Positions 1 through 12,925 are shown, numbered from the stretch's first letter. The stretch is 64,000 nt of DNA from Mobula birostris (GCF_030028105.1 NC_092394.1:4707890-4771889), one strand, 5' to 3'. Notes: generated by a model from the sequence alone, not told the origin. A program made the numbers and translations.

Positions 1-870
1 CACATCAAAGTTGCTGGTGAATGCAGCAGGCTAGGCAGCATCTCTAGGAAGAGGTGCAGTCCATGTTTCAGACCGAGACCCTTCGTCAGGACTAACTGAA
101 GGAAGAGTCAGTAAGGGATTTGAAAGTTGGAGGGGGAGGGGGAGATCCAAAATGATAGGAGAAGACAGGAGGGGGAGGGATGGAGCCAAGAGCTGGACAG
201 GTGATTGGCAAAAGGGGATACGAGAGGATCATGGGACAGGAGGTCCGGGAAGAAAGACAAGGAGGGGTGGGGGGACCCAGAGGATGGGCAAGAGGTATCC
301 ACGAAGGCCGTGGATAGACATGTCATAGGCCTCCTCTACTGTAAAGATGAAGCCACACTCAGGTTGGAGGAACAACACCTTATATTCCGTCTGGGTAGCC
401 TCCAACCTGATGGCATGAACATCGACTTCTCTAACTTCCGCTAATGCCCCACCTCCCCCTCGTACCCCATCTGTTACTTATTTTTATGCACACTTTCTTT
501 CTCTCACTCTCCTTTTTCTCCTTCTGTCCCTCTGAATATACCTCTTGCCCATCCTCTGGGTCCTCCCTCCCCTCCCCCCGTCTTTCTTCCCGGACCTCCT
601 GTCCCATGATCCTCTCGTATCCCCTTTTGCCAATCACCTGTCCAGCTCTTGGCTCCATCCCTCCCCCTCCTGTCTTCTCCTATCATTTTGGATCTCCCCC
701 TCCCCCTCCAACTTTCAAATCCCTTACTCACTCTTCCTTCAGTTAGTCCTGACGAAGGGTCTCGGCCTGAAACATCGACTGCACCTCTTCCTAGAGATGC
801 TGCCTGGCCTGCTGCGTTCGCCAGCAACTTTGATGTGTGTTGCTTGAAATACCAGCATCTGCAGAATTCC
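1..870. mobile_element. Penelope-like element remnant with ~300 bp inverted arms (1-298 vs 538-837) around a GIY-YIG endonuclease C-terminal fragment
   Basis: 1-298 is the near-exact reverse complement of 538-837. The spacer encodes GLLYCKDEATLRLEEQHLIFRLGSLQPDGMNIDFSNFR*, a typical PLE GIY-YIG C-terminus. Each arm contains a hammerhead-like motif. Confidence 0.8.
745..780 (+). ncRNA. Minimal type I hammerhead ribozyme motif (Penelope pLTR)
   Basis: agtc-CTGACGA-agg gtctcgg cct-GAAAc-aTC-gact: stem I agtc/gact, core CUGANGA, stem II, GAAA, NUH triplet. The usual palindromic stem III ACGT reads ACAT here (CpG decay). Confidence 0.6.
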
Positions 871-984
871 TGTTGTTTTGGTCTTATGCTCCCATTCTAT
901 CCTCAGCTGGCTTCTATATTCATTTAATTCTGTGATCACAGCCCTGTGTCCCCTCTCCTGACACCCTTTTCCATTGGTGCATCA

Positions 985-1265
985 GAGCAGAACATGGCCA
1001 TGGCTGATTATAATCCCTCTCAACCCCATTCTCCTGCCTTCTCCCCATAACTTTTGATACCCTGACTAATCAAGAACCTATCAACCTCCATTTTAAATAT
1101 ACCCAATGATTTGGCCTCCACAGCCATCTGTGGCAATGAATTCCACAGGTTCACCATCATCTGGCTAAAGAAATTCCTCCTTACCACTGTGCCCTCACCC
1201 CAATATAGGAAACATCCTCTTCACATCCACTCTGTCTACGTCGTTCAATATTCGATAGGTTTCAG
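985..1265 (-). mobile_element. CR1-type LINE 3' end fragment
   Basis: Reverse complement matches the CR1 3' end seen at 59900-60240 (RRNFFSQRVVNLWN-like segment and 3' tail). Confidence 0.65.
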
Positions 1266-2021
1266 TTCAGTTGCTGTATTAAGTCCTGGTGAAAGAGGTC
1301 ACTATACTGGAGAGAATGCAAAGATTTAGGAGCTGGTTGGGAGTAATAGGAAGAGAGGCTGAGCAAGTTGATACTTCCTTCATTAGAGAAAAGGATGTTG
1401 AGGGGTGACCTTATAGAGGTGTACAAAATCAAACTGAATATTGATAGATTCTGGAAATTCCTTCTTTGGTGTGGGGGTGATGTAGATTTTGGAATATATA
1501 GGTGGGGGCAGATGGAGTCGTGGAATGGGGTCAGTTCGGTTATTCTGGTGATGATATTTATTTGCTGCCCAATAGTGAATCCACTTTTTTTCCTGGGAAG
1601 TTTATGTGTTGCGGGTGACAGGGGAGTCCTGATGAAGGGTCTCAGTCCAAAACGTCAACTGTTGACTCCCCTCCATAGACGCTGCCTGACCTGATGAATT
1701 CTTCAGCATTTTGTGTGTGTTGCTGAAGTGCTCATGGTATTGCTGGGTTGTTCTGGTTTGGTGGGCCTTTATCCTCCAGTTTCCATAATGCTGATATGTT
1801 CTGTGGGTAAAAGAAAATGTAATTCCTGATAACTATTCCCAAACGTCCTGAACTGTTCCTCACAGTTTGGAGGCATGGGCTCACTGGAACCAAATGAGTG
1901 GAATCCCTACAGAACCTACCGCTGTTCTGGGATCTAACTGTCAGTGGACCTTTGGGTGCGATGGATTTGCAGTCCTGGGAGCTCCCACCATTGTGTGTCT
2001 CTGGATGGAGGTATTTCCTGA

Positions 2022-2183
<162 letters not shown>

Positions 2184-2618
2184 TGAGGTCTCGCTGCGCA
2201 CCGGGAGGGTGGGATTGATTCAGTGTCCGTACTCACAACTTGTTGAACCTGTCAAGACAACCAGGGGCTGGAACTGGCCAATTGTTTCTCAAGCTTTTCT
2301 GCTATCTTGGTGCTGGAATGTGTGGTGAGCACTTGTGGGCTGCCCCCAGCTCATCCTTGGGTATCATCACCATTTTTACTCTATTGTTTTTGGGTAAGGC
2401 AACCGAAGCAATTTGCTGCATTCCAGGTGTGGCTTCACCAGCGCCCAGTATAATGGCAATGAAACCACCACGTTTGATCATTCTTACATCCCTGAAACTG
2501 GGCTGAATAGCCACATTTCTGGGCTGTAAGTATTCACAAATAGTAAGAAAGCAGCAATATGTGTTATTCAGCCACTGAGTCTGTCTCGGATATAAACGCA
2601 CTGAATCCCATCATTTAA

Positions 2619-2843
<225 letters not shown>

Positions 2844-3311
2844 AGAGGGAGACATCCTCACACTCCACATTCAAGCCCTATGGCTCCACACAGTGTACGG
2901 TGGGTCAGGGAATCAAAGTTGGATGTTTCATGGCCCTTCACCCTTCCTCCCCCACCATCCCCATTACTTCCAGTGCTGTAAAATTGTGTAAAGAGAAAAC
3001 TTATTACAAAAGTTTAAAAAGTAAACTGTGATGTAATTAATATTTACACTAAAAGTTGCACTGTTTTGTAGTAACTGTAAAATTTGTAATTTACTGATTT
3101 TTGTCTTTGAACTATAATTGTGATTTTAAAAGGAATTGACTTTGTGTACAGTCTGCCCCCATTTACCAAAAAGAGATTCCAGCAACTTTAGCCAAATTTT
3201 TATGAAAGATGTCCTGCTGTGGTTCTTGGAGTTTGAACTGATTAATATAGTGGCGTATCCCTGTCTATGTGTAGGGCTAGTCCCCAGTTTCCGCAGCTGT
3301 TTCATTCTGAG

Positions 3312-3500
3312 CAACACACACAAAATGCTGGAGGAACTCAGCCAGGCAGCATCTATGGAGGGGAATAAACAGTTGATATCAGGACCTGATGAGTCTCAGT
3401 TTAAAATGTCCACGCTTGTTCCCCTTCACCGCCTGATTTGCTGAATTCCTCCAGCATCTTGTGTGTATTGCTGAAGGTTTACAGCGTCTGCGGAAATTCT
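3312..3500. mobile_element. Fold-back Penelope-tail derivative in the BLTP2 3' region
   Basis: acacacacaaaatgctggaggaactcagc ... gctgaattcctccagcatcttgtgtgt inverted arms, with a decayed ctgatga motif in the centre. Confidence 0.65.
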
Positions 3501-4386
3501 TGAGTTGTTTAGTTCTGAGAGGTCTCTGGGTGATGTATGTTGGTGTTATTTTCTCCTGGGTGATCTGATTGTTTTGATTGGTCCCTATTTATAGATGCTC
3601 CACAGTTGGCTTATGTTTATTTCTTTTCATGGACTGGTGTTCCAGCTTTCGTTAAACTTTTCAAAGCCACTTGCTGAGGATCCATTTGGAGTTGGTCCTG
3701 TGTGGTTGGTTTATATTTGAGGCTGCAGGGATTGCATTCGGAATTGTGCCGATCCCTCTTTATGAGGAAGCTCTTTTGCAGCAGTCGACCCATGACAGGA
3801 TGCAGCCTCGGACACTGCCAGCATTAGCCAGAATAAAGACTGCTCCTTCAACAGCCACGTGAAAGACGTGGCAAATTAAACTCCATTTCTGATCCCATTC
3901 TCCATGACCACACACAAATCCAGAAGAGCAGCCAGTCACTGGGAGTGCCAGTTAATTCCTACTTGAAATCTTTAAAATCGTACAGAGAAACATTTGAGTT
4001 TATTTGAAATTGGATAAGACTTTTGCTTTCAGTTTTAGTGGGTGTAGAAGGCAGTTAAATATTTTGTTTCCTCTCTTTTGGCCTCAAGTTTACAAATAAA
4101 TGTGGGGACTGCTAATCAGAGGCCAGAATCTGCCAGCCCCCTTCTCCATCTCCCTGTTAGCCTTCTCCACCTGAGTACCTGACCTGGACGGCTTTGGACA
4201 CTGGCACACCTCACCTACACACACTGCAGTGCGTGTTATGATGGTTGAGGAAATCACAAGCTACCTTTGACAAAATCAACATGTTGCTTTTAAAAGAATT
4301 GATTTGTTTTTAATGCAGGTGCTGATGTCAATAACAGGTTCATGAAAAAATATGCTTACTAAAAAAAAATCACCACAAAACCAAGG

Positions 4387-4413
4387 AATAAAGTTGTTTT
4401 GTAACAATTTATT
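4387..4413. terminator. Candidate opposing polyadenylation signals (AATAAA + at 4387; AATAAA - at 4408-4413)
   Basis: Hexamers are seen directly between the convergent BLTP2 and EMC6 genes. Further minus-strand AATAAA at 4894 and 4943. Usage is unproven. Confidence 0.35.
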
Positions 4414-5817
4414 GTGGATGATTCTGCTAGTTTGCTGAACATCACTGTGGTATCTACCATCTTAACAAGTCTCACTGCTCCACGGCCAGAGTGGTCTCTG
4501 ATCTAACTTCTGAAAGGCAAGCTATCTGATCATTATCTGAGCAAGTTCTATTTAAATAATAATTGGTAAAGAATAAAAGTGGTTCATTGCTGCTGCTGCC
4601 TCCTCACAGTTGCCCTGATTTGGGTTCAATCCTGCCCCCTGGTGCTGTCTGTGAAGAGTTGGCATGTTTCCCCCAGGTTCTCCAGCTTCCTCTCACATCC
4701 CACTCTGTTATCCCTCAGAGTAGCTGGGCAGCAGAATAGACAGGATTGATCAGAAATCAGGGATGGGCAGTAAATACTGGTGAAGCCCCAGTCCTGCAGC
4801 CTCGCAAACAGGGTGGATGATGAGAGTTCAGTGAGCGATCCAACTGATGAACTAACAGTGCAACTCTCCACAAAACTTTCACAGGAGGTAGGCTTTATTC
4901 AGAAGTTAAACAAAAATTAAAACTAAACCAGGCGAATGGTGGTTTATTCTTGCAAGCAGGCTATGTGCCTGCAAACACAAGACAAGACAATGTTACTTAC
5001 AAATTCAAGCATCCACTGGTTCCCATTAAACAGTTGCCTTATTAAAGATAAACCACTTCCTATCAGTAGTGACAAACATGTTTAATTGCAAATCTTTGAT
5101 TCTCAGATTAAACCATCCTGTGACAGTGAAACATGACAAAGGTGCCAACAGTATCCTCAACACCTTCCCAGCTGCCATTCTGTGAAAGAGGTGGCTCCAC
5201 AAATCTCTAACATTCCCACCACTGCCCCCACCCCCATGAACAATTGTCTCGATGAGAGCACATCAACCCGAGTAGGATCCCTGGCAGCTGGGGGGGGGGG
5301 GGGGGGGGTCAGGTCTCTCTCACACACTGAGGACCCACACTGCACCTTCTGCCCATCTAAACAGGAGCTCCTTGCAGGGGTTAATCCCTCGCCCCGTATC
5401 ACAGCTCCAAAAGCAGAACTGTGCGAAGAGGAGCAGTGTGTGAGGAAACTCCCTCTGAATGACAAACAGTTTTCACAGTGACAGTAAAGGACCAAAATCC
5501 CCCAACCATCTCCCCCCCACCACCCACACGCTCAATTTCTAGACATGGGGGTGGGGGGAAATAAGAAACAAGCTCCAAACACCTTAGCTGATACATTCAC
5601 AAACCCCTCGGTCACTTTTCCAGGGGCAGATATTTTTCAACATGTGAGAATCATACAAACTGTTAAAAAAAAACAAATCTCAAGTGGAATCTGGTGCGAA
5701 ATGGTGGAAGTGTCGATGAGGGTGGTGACCCTGCAGCAGGTTTACGCTGAGATCAGTGAAGGCGAATGAACGAGGGTGTGAAAGAGTCCCGGCTGCCGGT
5801 GAGGGCGAGGCCCACCC

Positions 5818-6150
5818 TCAGTACACGTGCACCATGCCATACAGGAAGGTCCAAAAGAGGATGTAGGTAAAGAGGCCGCCAACCAGGCCCCCAGTGAAGA
5901 GGGGACGGCGCGACTTGAAGTACTTGCTCCAGTGGCGACCCGCTTTGACGATCAGCAGCACCGACAATAGGAAGGACGCCATAAAATAAAATACAAAACC
6001 CATGAGGGCCGTCAGCCCCAGGATCCCGGCCGTGGCTCCCGACAGCGCAGACACGGACGTGCGGCAATAGTCCAAGATGGCAGCGTTCCCTCGAACAGCC
6101 AGCTCGCTGATAAACTGCGGCCCTTCCCGTTTAAGGCCCATGGATGCCAT
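5818..6150 (-). CDS. EMC6: ER membrane protein complex subunit 6 (110 aa, single coding exon)
   Basis: [47 protein letters not shown]...[15 protein letters not shown] at 6150, preceded by a polypyrimidine tract and AG acceptors (exon start ~6166 or 6156). Confidence 0.97.
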   Translation of the reverse strand: MASMGLKREGPQFISELAVRGNAAILDYCRTSVSALSGATAGILGLTALMGFVFYFMASFLLSVLLIVKAGRHWSKYFKSRRPLFTGGLVGGLFTYILFWTFLYGMVHVY

Positions 6151-7869
6151 TGGAAACTGGAGAATTCTGGAGGGTGAGAGCACAAGAGAATGAGAGGAGC
6201 AAGAAGACAAGCTAATTCAGTAAAACATTTCAGGAACATCAACATAGCCATCATACTAATTCAAAGTAAATCTAGTATCAAGGTCACCATATACTATCTT
6301 CAGATCCATTTCTTGCAGGTGTTTACAGGATATAAAGAAATGTAATTTGTGAAGAACTATACATAAGCAAAGACCGACAAACAACCAATATGCAAGAGAC
6401 AATTTGTGCTAAGGAAATAAAATAATACTGAGGACATGACTTGTACATTCCTAGAGTCCATAGGTTGTGGAATCAGTTCAGTGTTGAGGTGAGTGAAATT
6501 ATCTACGCCGGTTCAGGACAGTGGAGGAGTAATAACTGTTCCTGAGTCTGGTGGTGTGGGACCCAAGGCTCCTTCCTGTACCTCCTGTATCTCCTTCTCA
6601 ATGGTAGTAGCAGCAAGGGAACACGGCCTCTTACTGCATCAGAGCACACTGTAAAAGGTCTGGTCAAGTTTAAGGAAGGAGAGGGGCTGTATCATTTAAA
6701 ATAACAGCTCCAAATGCAGGAAGCAAAACACAAGGGTCTTATTCTGGTTGGCAAGATGGAGCGAACAGTGAACCACAGGGATCAGCATTGAAAATGTGGT
6801 TTCTTCATTTGCTGATGACAGAAATAGATGAGATGATCAGCGAAATGATTACAACCAGGCAATTTCACCATCCTTGGCAGGAAAAGCTTTTAAAAAAAAA
6901 CATGTTGCCTAAAAGTGAGTCGGAGGAGTGGAGGCATCTGTGTCCTAGTATGTGATTCACAAAAGGCTAGACTGCACGTACTAATTATCGTAAGGGAAAT
7001 TGGAAAGTTACACTTAAGTTAGGTAGGGTACTGGAGAAGCCAAACCTGGAATACTGTAGCTAAGGGAAGGATGTTTATGTGTTAGAAGTGGTTAATGAGA
7101 TTGGTGCCTGCAATGGGCAGACTGTAGCATGAGAAAGTCATTCAACATTCAACTGTGCACATGTAAACAGCTTAAAAAAAGAGTTCCCCGGGGAACAGTG
7201 TATGCATATTACATACAGTGCATAATAACAGCTGATAAGAATATTCTGTAAATGTAAAAGTTAGCAAAGTAATATATATCATATAGTTAAAGATACAATG
7301 ATACATTGCTACTGGTGCTATGTCAGCTGTGGTGGTGGCATGAGCTTGTATCTGCTGGAGGGGCAGAAGAGCGTGTGAGAAAAGGTGTTAAAAGGGTTGA
7401 ATAGGATGGATTTTGCGAGCATCCCTCACCTTGTAGGAGAATGTGGAGTTAGGGGTGCCTGAGACCAGGACGAATTCTCTTCCCGCGGGGAATGGTGAGC
7501 CTTTAGAACTCTCTTCCTCTCTGAATACTTTTAAGATGGAGACAAAAAACTTGATAAACTAAACTCGACAAAAGGAATATTAGTTGAGGCAGGCACATTA
7601 GCAACAGTTAAAAACCATCTAATGGATAGGAGAGGGCTATGGGCCAAATGGGTACAGATGGGTATGGCTTATGGAGCAGCATAGACCAGTTGGGCTGAAA
7701 GGCCTGATTCTATGCTGCGTGTGAAAATTGTGTATAATTTGTTTAAATTAAATCGTGAATGCTATGTATCTGTGATGCCGCTGTGAGATTTTCTTGGCAT
7801 GTGGATTTGCGCTGACGGCAATGAACTTGACAACCAGAATAAACACAGTTCAACTAGTAAATCACAGGA

Positions 7870-9130
7870 GGGCGGGGTCAATGTGACGTCTAGCTCCTCC
7901 ATTGGCTGCCCTACACGTCCATTCACGCTTGACGCCCTCTGCTGGTGGGGAGAACAGCCTGCACCCCACCATCGGGTCCTCGCACGCTGAGGTGTCCGTG
8001 CCAGTGCCAAGCCTCTTCGCTTTGGCGCGGCTATTGCAGCGAACCGACGCTCCGCCGCTCTAACCGCACACCAGCGAGGAGGGAGAAACACCTAGCACTT
8101 ACCAACCCGGGACTGAGTCCACACGGACGGTGAGCGGTGCTTCGGATCCAACAGCGAGCCAGCAAATTCCAGTTAGCCTGTCGCCGCCGCCATTACCCGC
8201 TCGGCCCCGCCTCTTGACCTTTTACCCGGACTACTCCCAGTCGCGCGCTCTCTCACACACACAGAAATCCTCGACAAATGATCCACAAGTTCCACCTCGG
8301 GGATCGATCGTGAAATCGGAACCAGCAGGCGGCAACCACAGGAAAACTGACTTAAAACTCCGCGGAGAGAGGTTGATTGACACACAATAAAGCCCGCCCA
8401 TCTCTTGTGCTCACTGTAGCCCCGCCCACTGCAGTCGAAGCTAAACTGACGGGCTGAAACTCCGCCCATTCCATTCCATTCCCGCGCCGAAGCTCCACCC
8501 AGTTCATGATGACACACAGAACACAGCCCCGCCCACTGCGCGCCCGCCTGCTTCGTTGCAACTCCGCCCACTATTTACGTACATTGAATCCCTGCCCACT
8601 GCTCGTCCGCGCGGGTCACCGTGGCCCCGCCCACACAGGCCTGACGACCGCTGAGCCCCGCCCTCCTCGCGGTCAAAGTCCCGCCGGGCCTGTTTCCGCG
8701 GATTCGGTTTCCCCCGCTGTCTCCAGCAGAATTCTGACAGAGGCGGTAAATACAAACGGCGCGACAGTGGAGAGAAACACGGGGCGGGGGACTAGTTAAA
8801 CGAGTGGTTTTAAGGTCATGATGGAAACACCAGACGGGACTTGTCCACCCTGCTGAGCGTTACCAGCATTCTCTGATCTTTATTTCACATTTCCAACACT
8901 TCCAGTTATTTCGCTTTACTTTTATATATATTGGGGTGGACAAGTCTCTATATGTAGTATTATGTTGGAGGCGGGAGATCGCTGGTTGTCAATCAAGAAT
9001 CGCCCCGCCCTCCTGTCCATCATTGCAATCCGGGGTCGCTGATTGGTCCGCCGCCCGGACCAATCATTAGCCGGATATTTTACATCCATGACCCAGTGAA
9101 TGAGTTGTAAATGTAGCCTTTCGGCCCGCT
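7870..9130. promoter_or_regulatory. CpG island / bidirectional promoter of EMC6 (-) and SHPK (+)
   Basis: CpG-rich against a CpG-depleted background. About 10 GC boxes (CCGCCC/GGGCGG) at 8390-8790, CCAAT boxes (~7900, 9041, 9060) and a TGACGT site near 7884. Candidate donors: minus-strand G|GTAAGT at 8103 and plus-strand G|GTAAAT at 8745. Confidence 0.8.
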
Positions 9131-10022
9131 GTAACCATGCTAGCTCTGTGACTGCAATCCTCCCAGACTCTCTCTTGAGATTCTTGGTTTTCACACTTTA
9201 CAGCTCACATCAACTTGCCTTGCATAAAATATAGGAGCAGAATTGGGCCAGTCAAAGTCAGGTTTATTATCACTGACATATGTCGTGAAATTTGTTGTTT
9301 TGCAGCTGCAGTTCTGTGCAATACATAAAATATACTATAAGTTATAATAATAAATATAAATATGTAGTGCAAAAAGAGAAAATAGTGAGGTAGTGTCTAT
9401 TGTCCATTCAGAAATCTGAAGGCAAAGTGGGAGCGGCTGTTCTTGAAATGTTGAGTACTGTGTGTGTCTTCAGGTTCTGTACCCCCTCCTTGGTGGTAGT
9501 AATGAGAAGAAGGCTTGTCCTTGGTGATGGGTGTCCTTTTTGAGGCATTGTCTTTTGAGGATTTCCTTGATGGTGGGCAAACTCATTAGGAGTGTAGTAT
9601 TGATTAGTTAGTTGCCGTCTATTTGTAAAACTAGAGCACCTTGCATCCTTGTTTCTTTGAGTGGTGGGTGTTTGGAACGCCCTGTCAGGGGTGATGGTAA
9701 AGGCAGATTCATTAGGGACATTTAAGATACTCTTGGATTAGCACATGGAAGTTAGAAAAATGGAGGGCTATGTAGGAGGGGAAGGGTTAGAGCGATTTTA
9801 AATCAAAGGGTTTAAGAGTTGGCACAAGATGGGGGGCCAAAGGACCTGTACTCTGTATTTAGCTCTCACTAGTGGACATGGAATGAAATAGTCTGCGCTT
9901 AGTAACATGTTTGTTTGATAAAACATTCAATGGAAACATACAAAACTGTGATCTCCTTCCTCCGCTGAGCCGTGGTAACATTGATCTGAGTTGGATGTTC
10001 TTGTTTCATCCTACAGCTGAAA

Positions 10023-10178
10023 ATGAGCGTGCATGCCCCTGGTCCCCGGTACGTGCTGGGTGTGGACATTGGGACCACCTCCGTGAAGGTGGTGCTATTG
10101 GAAGCTGAGAGCCAGGCTGTAGTTGAGAGCCAGACTCGAGAAAGCGGGGCAGAGCTCAGCAGCCCTGAGGGGGAGCAG
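10023..10178 (+). CDS. SHPK: Sedoheptulokinase coding exon 1
   Basis: MSVHAPGPRYVLGVDIGTTSVKVVLL, the FGGY kinase phosphate-1 motif. Ends CAG|gtaaac, phase 0. Acceptor ctacag at 10016. Confidence 0.93.
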
Positions 10179-10309
10179 GTAAACGTCATCTTCTTTCTGC
10201 ATGTAGACTAACCAGAACTCAACTTTCAATAACTTTATTCGGTCATTGAATTAGAGTTACTTAATAAGTTTATCAATTTAAGGATCACCTATTTTGATCG
10301 ACATTCTAT

Positions 10310-10850
10310 CCCCATTCTGACATGTCAGTCCATGGCTTCCTCTTCTGCTGTGATGAGACGATCCTCAGGGTGAAGGAGCAACACCTCATGTTCTGCCTAG
10401 GTAGCCTTCAAACTTACGGCGTGAACATTGATTCCTCTTCCTGATGATTTTCCCCTCCCCCTTCCCTTTACATCTGTTTCCCACTTTGGGCTTTTACCTC
10501 TTCTCCTCACCTGCCTATCACCTCACCCTGGTGCCTCTCCTTCTTCCCTTTCTCCCATGGTCCATTCCCCTCTCTTATCAGGTTCCTTCTTCTTCATCTC
10601 TTTACCTTTTCCCCCTAACACCTCCCAGCTTTTTACTTCATTCCTCTCCCCCTGTCCACCCACCTACCTTCACTCCTCACCTGTCATGTGCCAGCCTGTA
10701 CTCCTTCCCCCTCCCCACTTCTTATTCTGGCTTTTTCCCCTTCCTTTCCAGTCCTGCCAAAGGGTCTCGGACTGAAACGTCAACTGTTCATTCCTCTCCA
10801 TAGACGCTGCCTGACGTGCTGAGTCCCTCCAGCATTTTGTGTGTGTTGCT
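10310..10850 (+). mobile_element. Penelope-like 3' fragment (GIY-YIG end plus pLTR with decayed hammerhead)
   Basis: Homologous to 320-860. Contains gtcctgccaaagggtctcggactgaaacgtcaactg near 10751. Confidence 0.7.
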
Positions 10851-10954
10851 CATGACTTTAAGGTGTTTGGAAGAAAGTATGGGGGGGATGCAAGAGGTAG
10901 ATTTTTGTTTTACACAGAGTAGTGGATGCACTGGGTGACGGTGTGGAGGTACAC

Positions 10955-11296
10955 CTCTGCCAAAGGAGGTGTAATGTGCTCTTCTCTCCACCAGCCTGCA
11001 GGTCACCCTTGGGCAAGGTGTAGCCCCTGGATCAGGGTCATGTGAAGCCACGGGAGTAGGTGGTGGATGGTCGTACGAGCAGCCGGGGCATATCACAAGT
11101 CCCGATTATGTGACCACTGACACCAGGCAGACAATCTCTGAAGAGTATTGAAACTGTCTGGGGCCACCAGTCTTGTAAAGACACTGCCCAGAAGAAGGCA
11201 ATGGCAAACCACTTCTGTAGAAAAGTTTGCCAACAACAATCATGGTTATGAAACCGTGATTGCCCGTGTTGTATGACACAACACATGATGACGATG
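10955..11296 (+). mobile_element. RTE-related SINE-like repeat
   Basis: 3' motif agaagaaggcaatggcaaaccact, typical of RTE/BovB-type tails, ending in a (GAT)-like simple repeat. Confidence 0.5.
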
Positions 11297-12925
11297 GGGA
11301 GGGCTGCATGGGAGGCAGATATATTAAAGATATTTAAGAGACTCTTGGGCATGTGGATGAATAAAAAATGAAGGGCTGTGTGGGAGGGAAGGGTCAGATT
11401 GATCTTGGGGTAGGCCATTAGACATCGGAACCCTCTGGCTAAAGAAATTCCTCCTCATGGATGTCCTTCTATTCAGGGGCTGTGCCCGCTGGTCCGAGAC
11501 TCCCCCACTGTAGGAAACGTCCTCTCCACACCCACTCTATCTGTGCCCTCTGGTCCGAGACTCCCCCACTATAGGAAACATCAACTCTATTGAGGCCTTT
11601 TAATATTCAATAGATTTTAATTGGATCCCTCCCTCATTCTCCTAAACTCCAGTGAGTACAGGCCCAGAGACATCAAATGCGCCTCATATGTTAACCCTTT
11701 CATTCCCTGGAACATTCTTGTAAACTTCGTCTGAACCCTTTCCAATGCCAACACATCTTTTCTTTGATAAGGGGTCCAAAACTGCTGACGGTACTCCAAG
11801 TGCATCACATGGTTAGAATAGGTTAAAGGGCAAGCACAGCATTGTGAGCCGAAGGGTCCTGTGCTGAACTATTCAATGTTCCTGATAACGTTGAGGAAAT
11901 GTGCATCTTAAAACGGTTTTTACAGTCTCAGAATGCTCCAAAATCTTTTCTGTGGAGCAAGTACTGGCAAGTAAACAGTAACAAAGCAGAATAAAGTGTC
12001 ACAGCTAACAAAACTGTGCAGCACAGGCAACTGATAACGAGGTAAAGTGTGAGGCCAAGAGTCCAGCTTATCACACAAGTGTCTGAGAACAGTGGAGTGG
12101 AAGTTGTCCTTGAGCCTGGTGGGACGTGCTTTCAGGCTTTTGTACCTTCTGCCCGATGGGAGAGGGGAGGAGAGAGAGTGTCCGGGGAGGGTTGGGTCTT
12201 TGATTATGCTGGGTGCTTTACTGAACATTTGGGAGGGGTAGACAGTCTACAGAGGGGAGGCTGCACTCAATACATACTAAATAAAGATTTTTACATCTAC
12301 CTTATGTCCTCCTGACTTTCATACTCGATCTCATGCCATACACCTTCTTCACTGTATCTACTGTGTTGTCACCTTCAGAGAGCTGTGGACCTTCAGCCTG
12401 AGACCTGCTCAGGGTTCTGCACTTTCCCCTTACGTTTCATCTCCCAAAGCTCAACACCTCGCACTTGAACTCCATCCGCTAATCCTCTGCCCAAATCTGC
12501 AGCTGATCTGTATCCCGCTGATTTCTTTGAACTACTTTCTTCATTATTCACAATTGTCGTATCAATTTTCAGACTTACTAAATCAGACGGTCTACGTATT
12601 TGTCCGTCATTTATGTATATCACAAACAACAGGGGTCCGTGCGGACCACCACTGGTCATAGACCTCCAGCCAGAATAACACCGCTCTGTCTTCCGTGGGA
12701 AAACCAGCTCTGAATCCAGTCTAACAAATTGCCGTGGATCCCACGCATTGAGTTTACCGAGTCGGCCTTTCGTGAAGCTAAATCACAGGTCAAACATTAT
12801 GAGGAAATGAAGGGCAGAACTCGGAGAGAGACGGATAAAGAGAAAGAGAGAGTGAGATAAAGAGGGAGGGGGAGAGAGGGATAAATGAAAGTGTGGCAAC
12901 TGCTTCATCCCAATTGCCGTTGCAG

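Noticed and set aside
6151-6210. 20-aa N-terminal extension of EMC6 in the ORF track
   Set aside because: Non-ATG start lying in the polypyrimidine tract/acceptor; the conserved protein starts at 6150.
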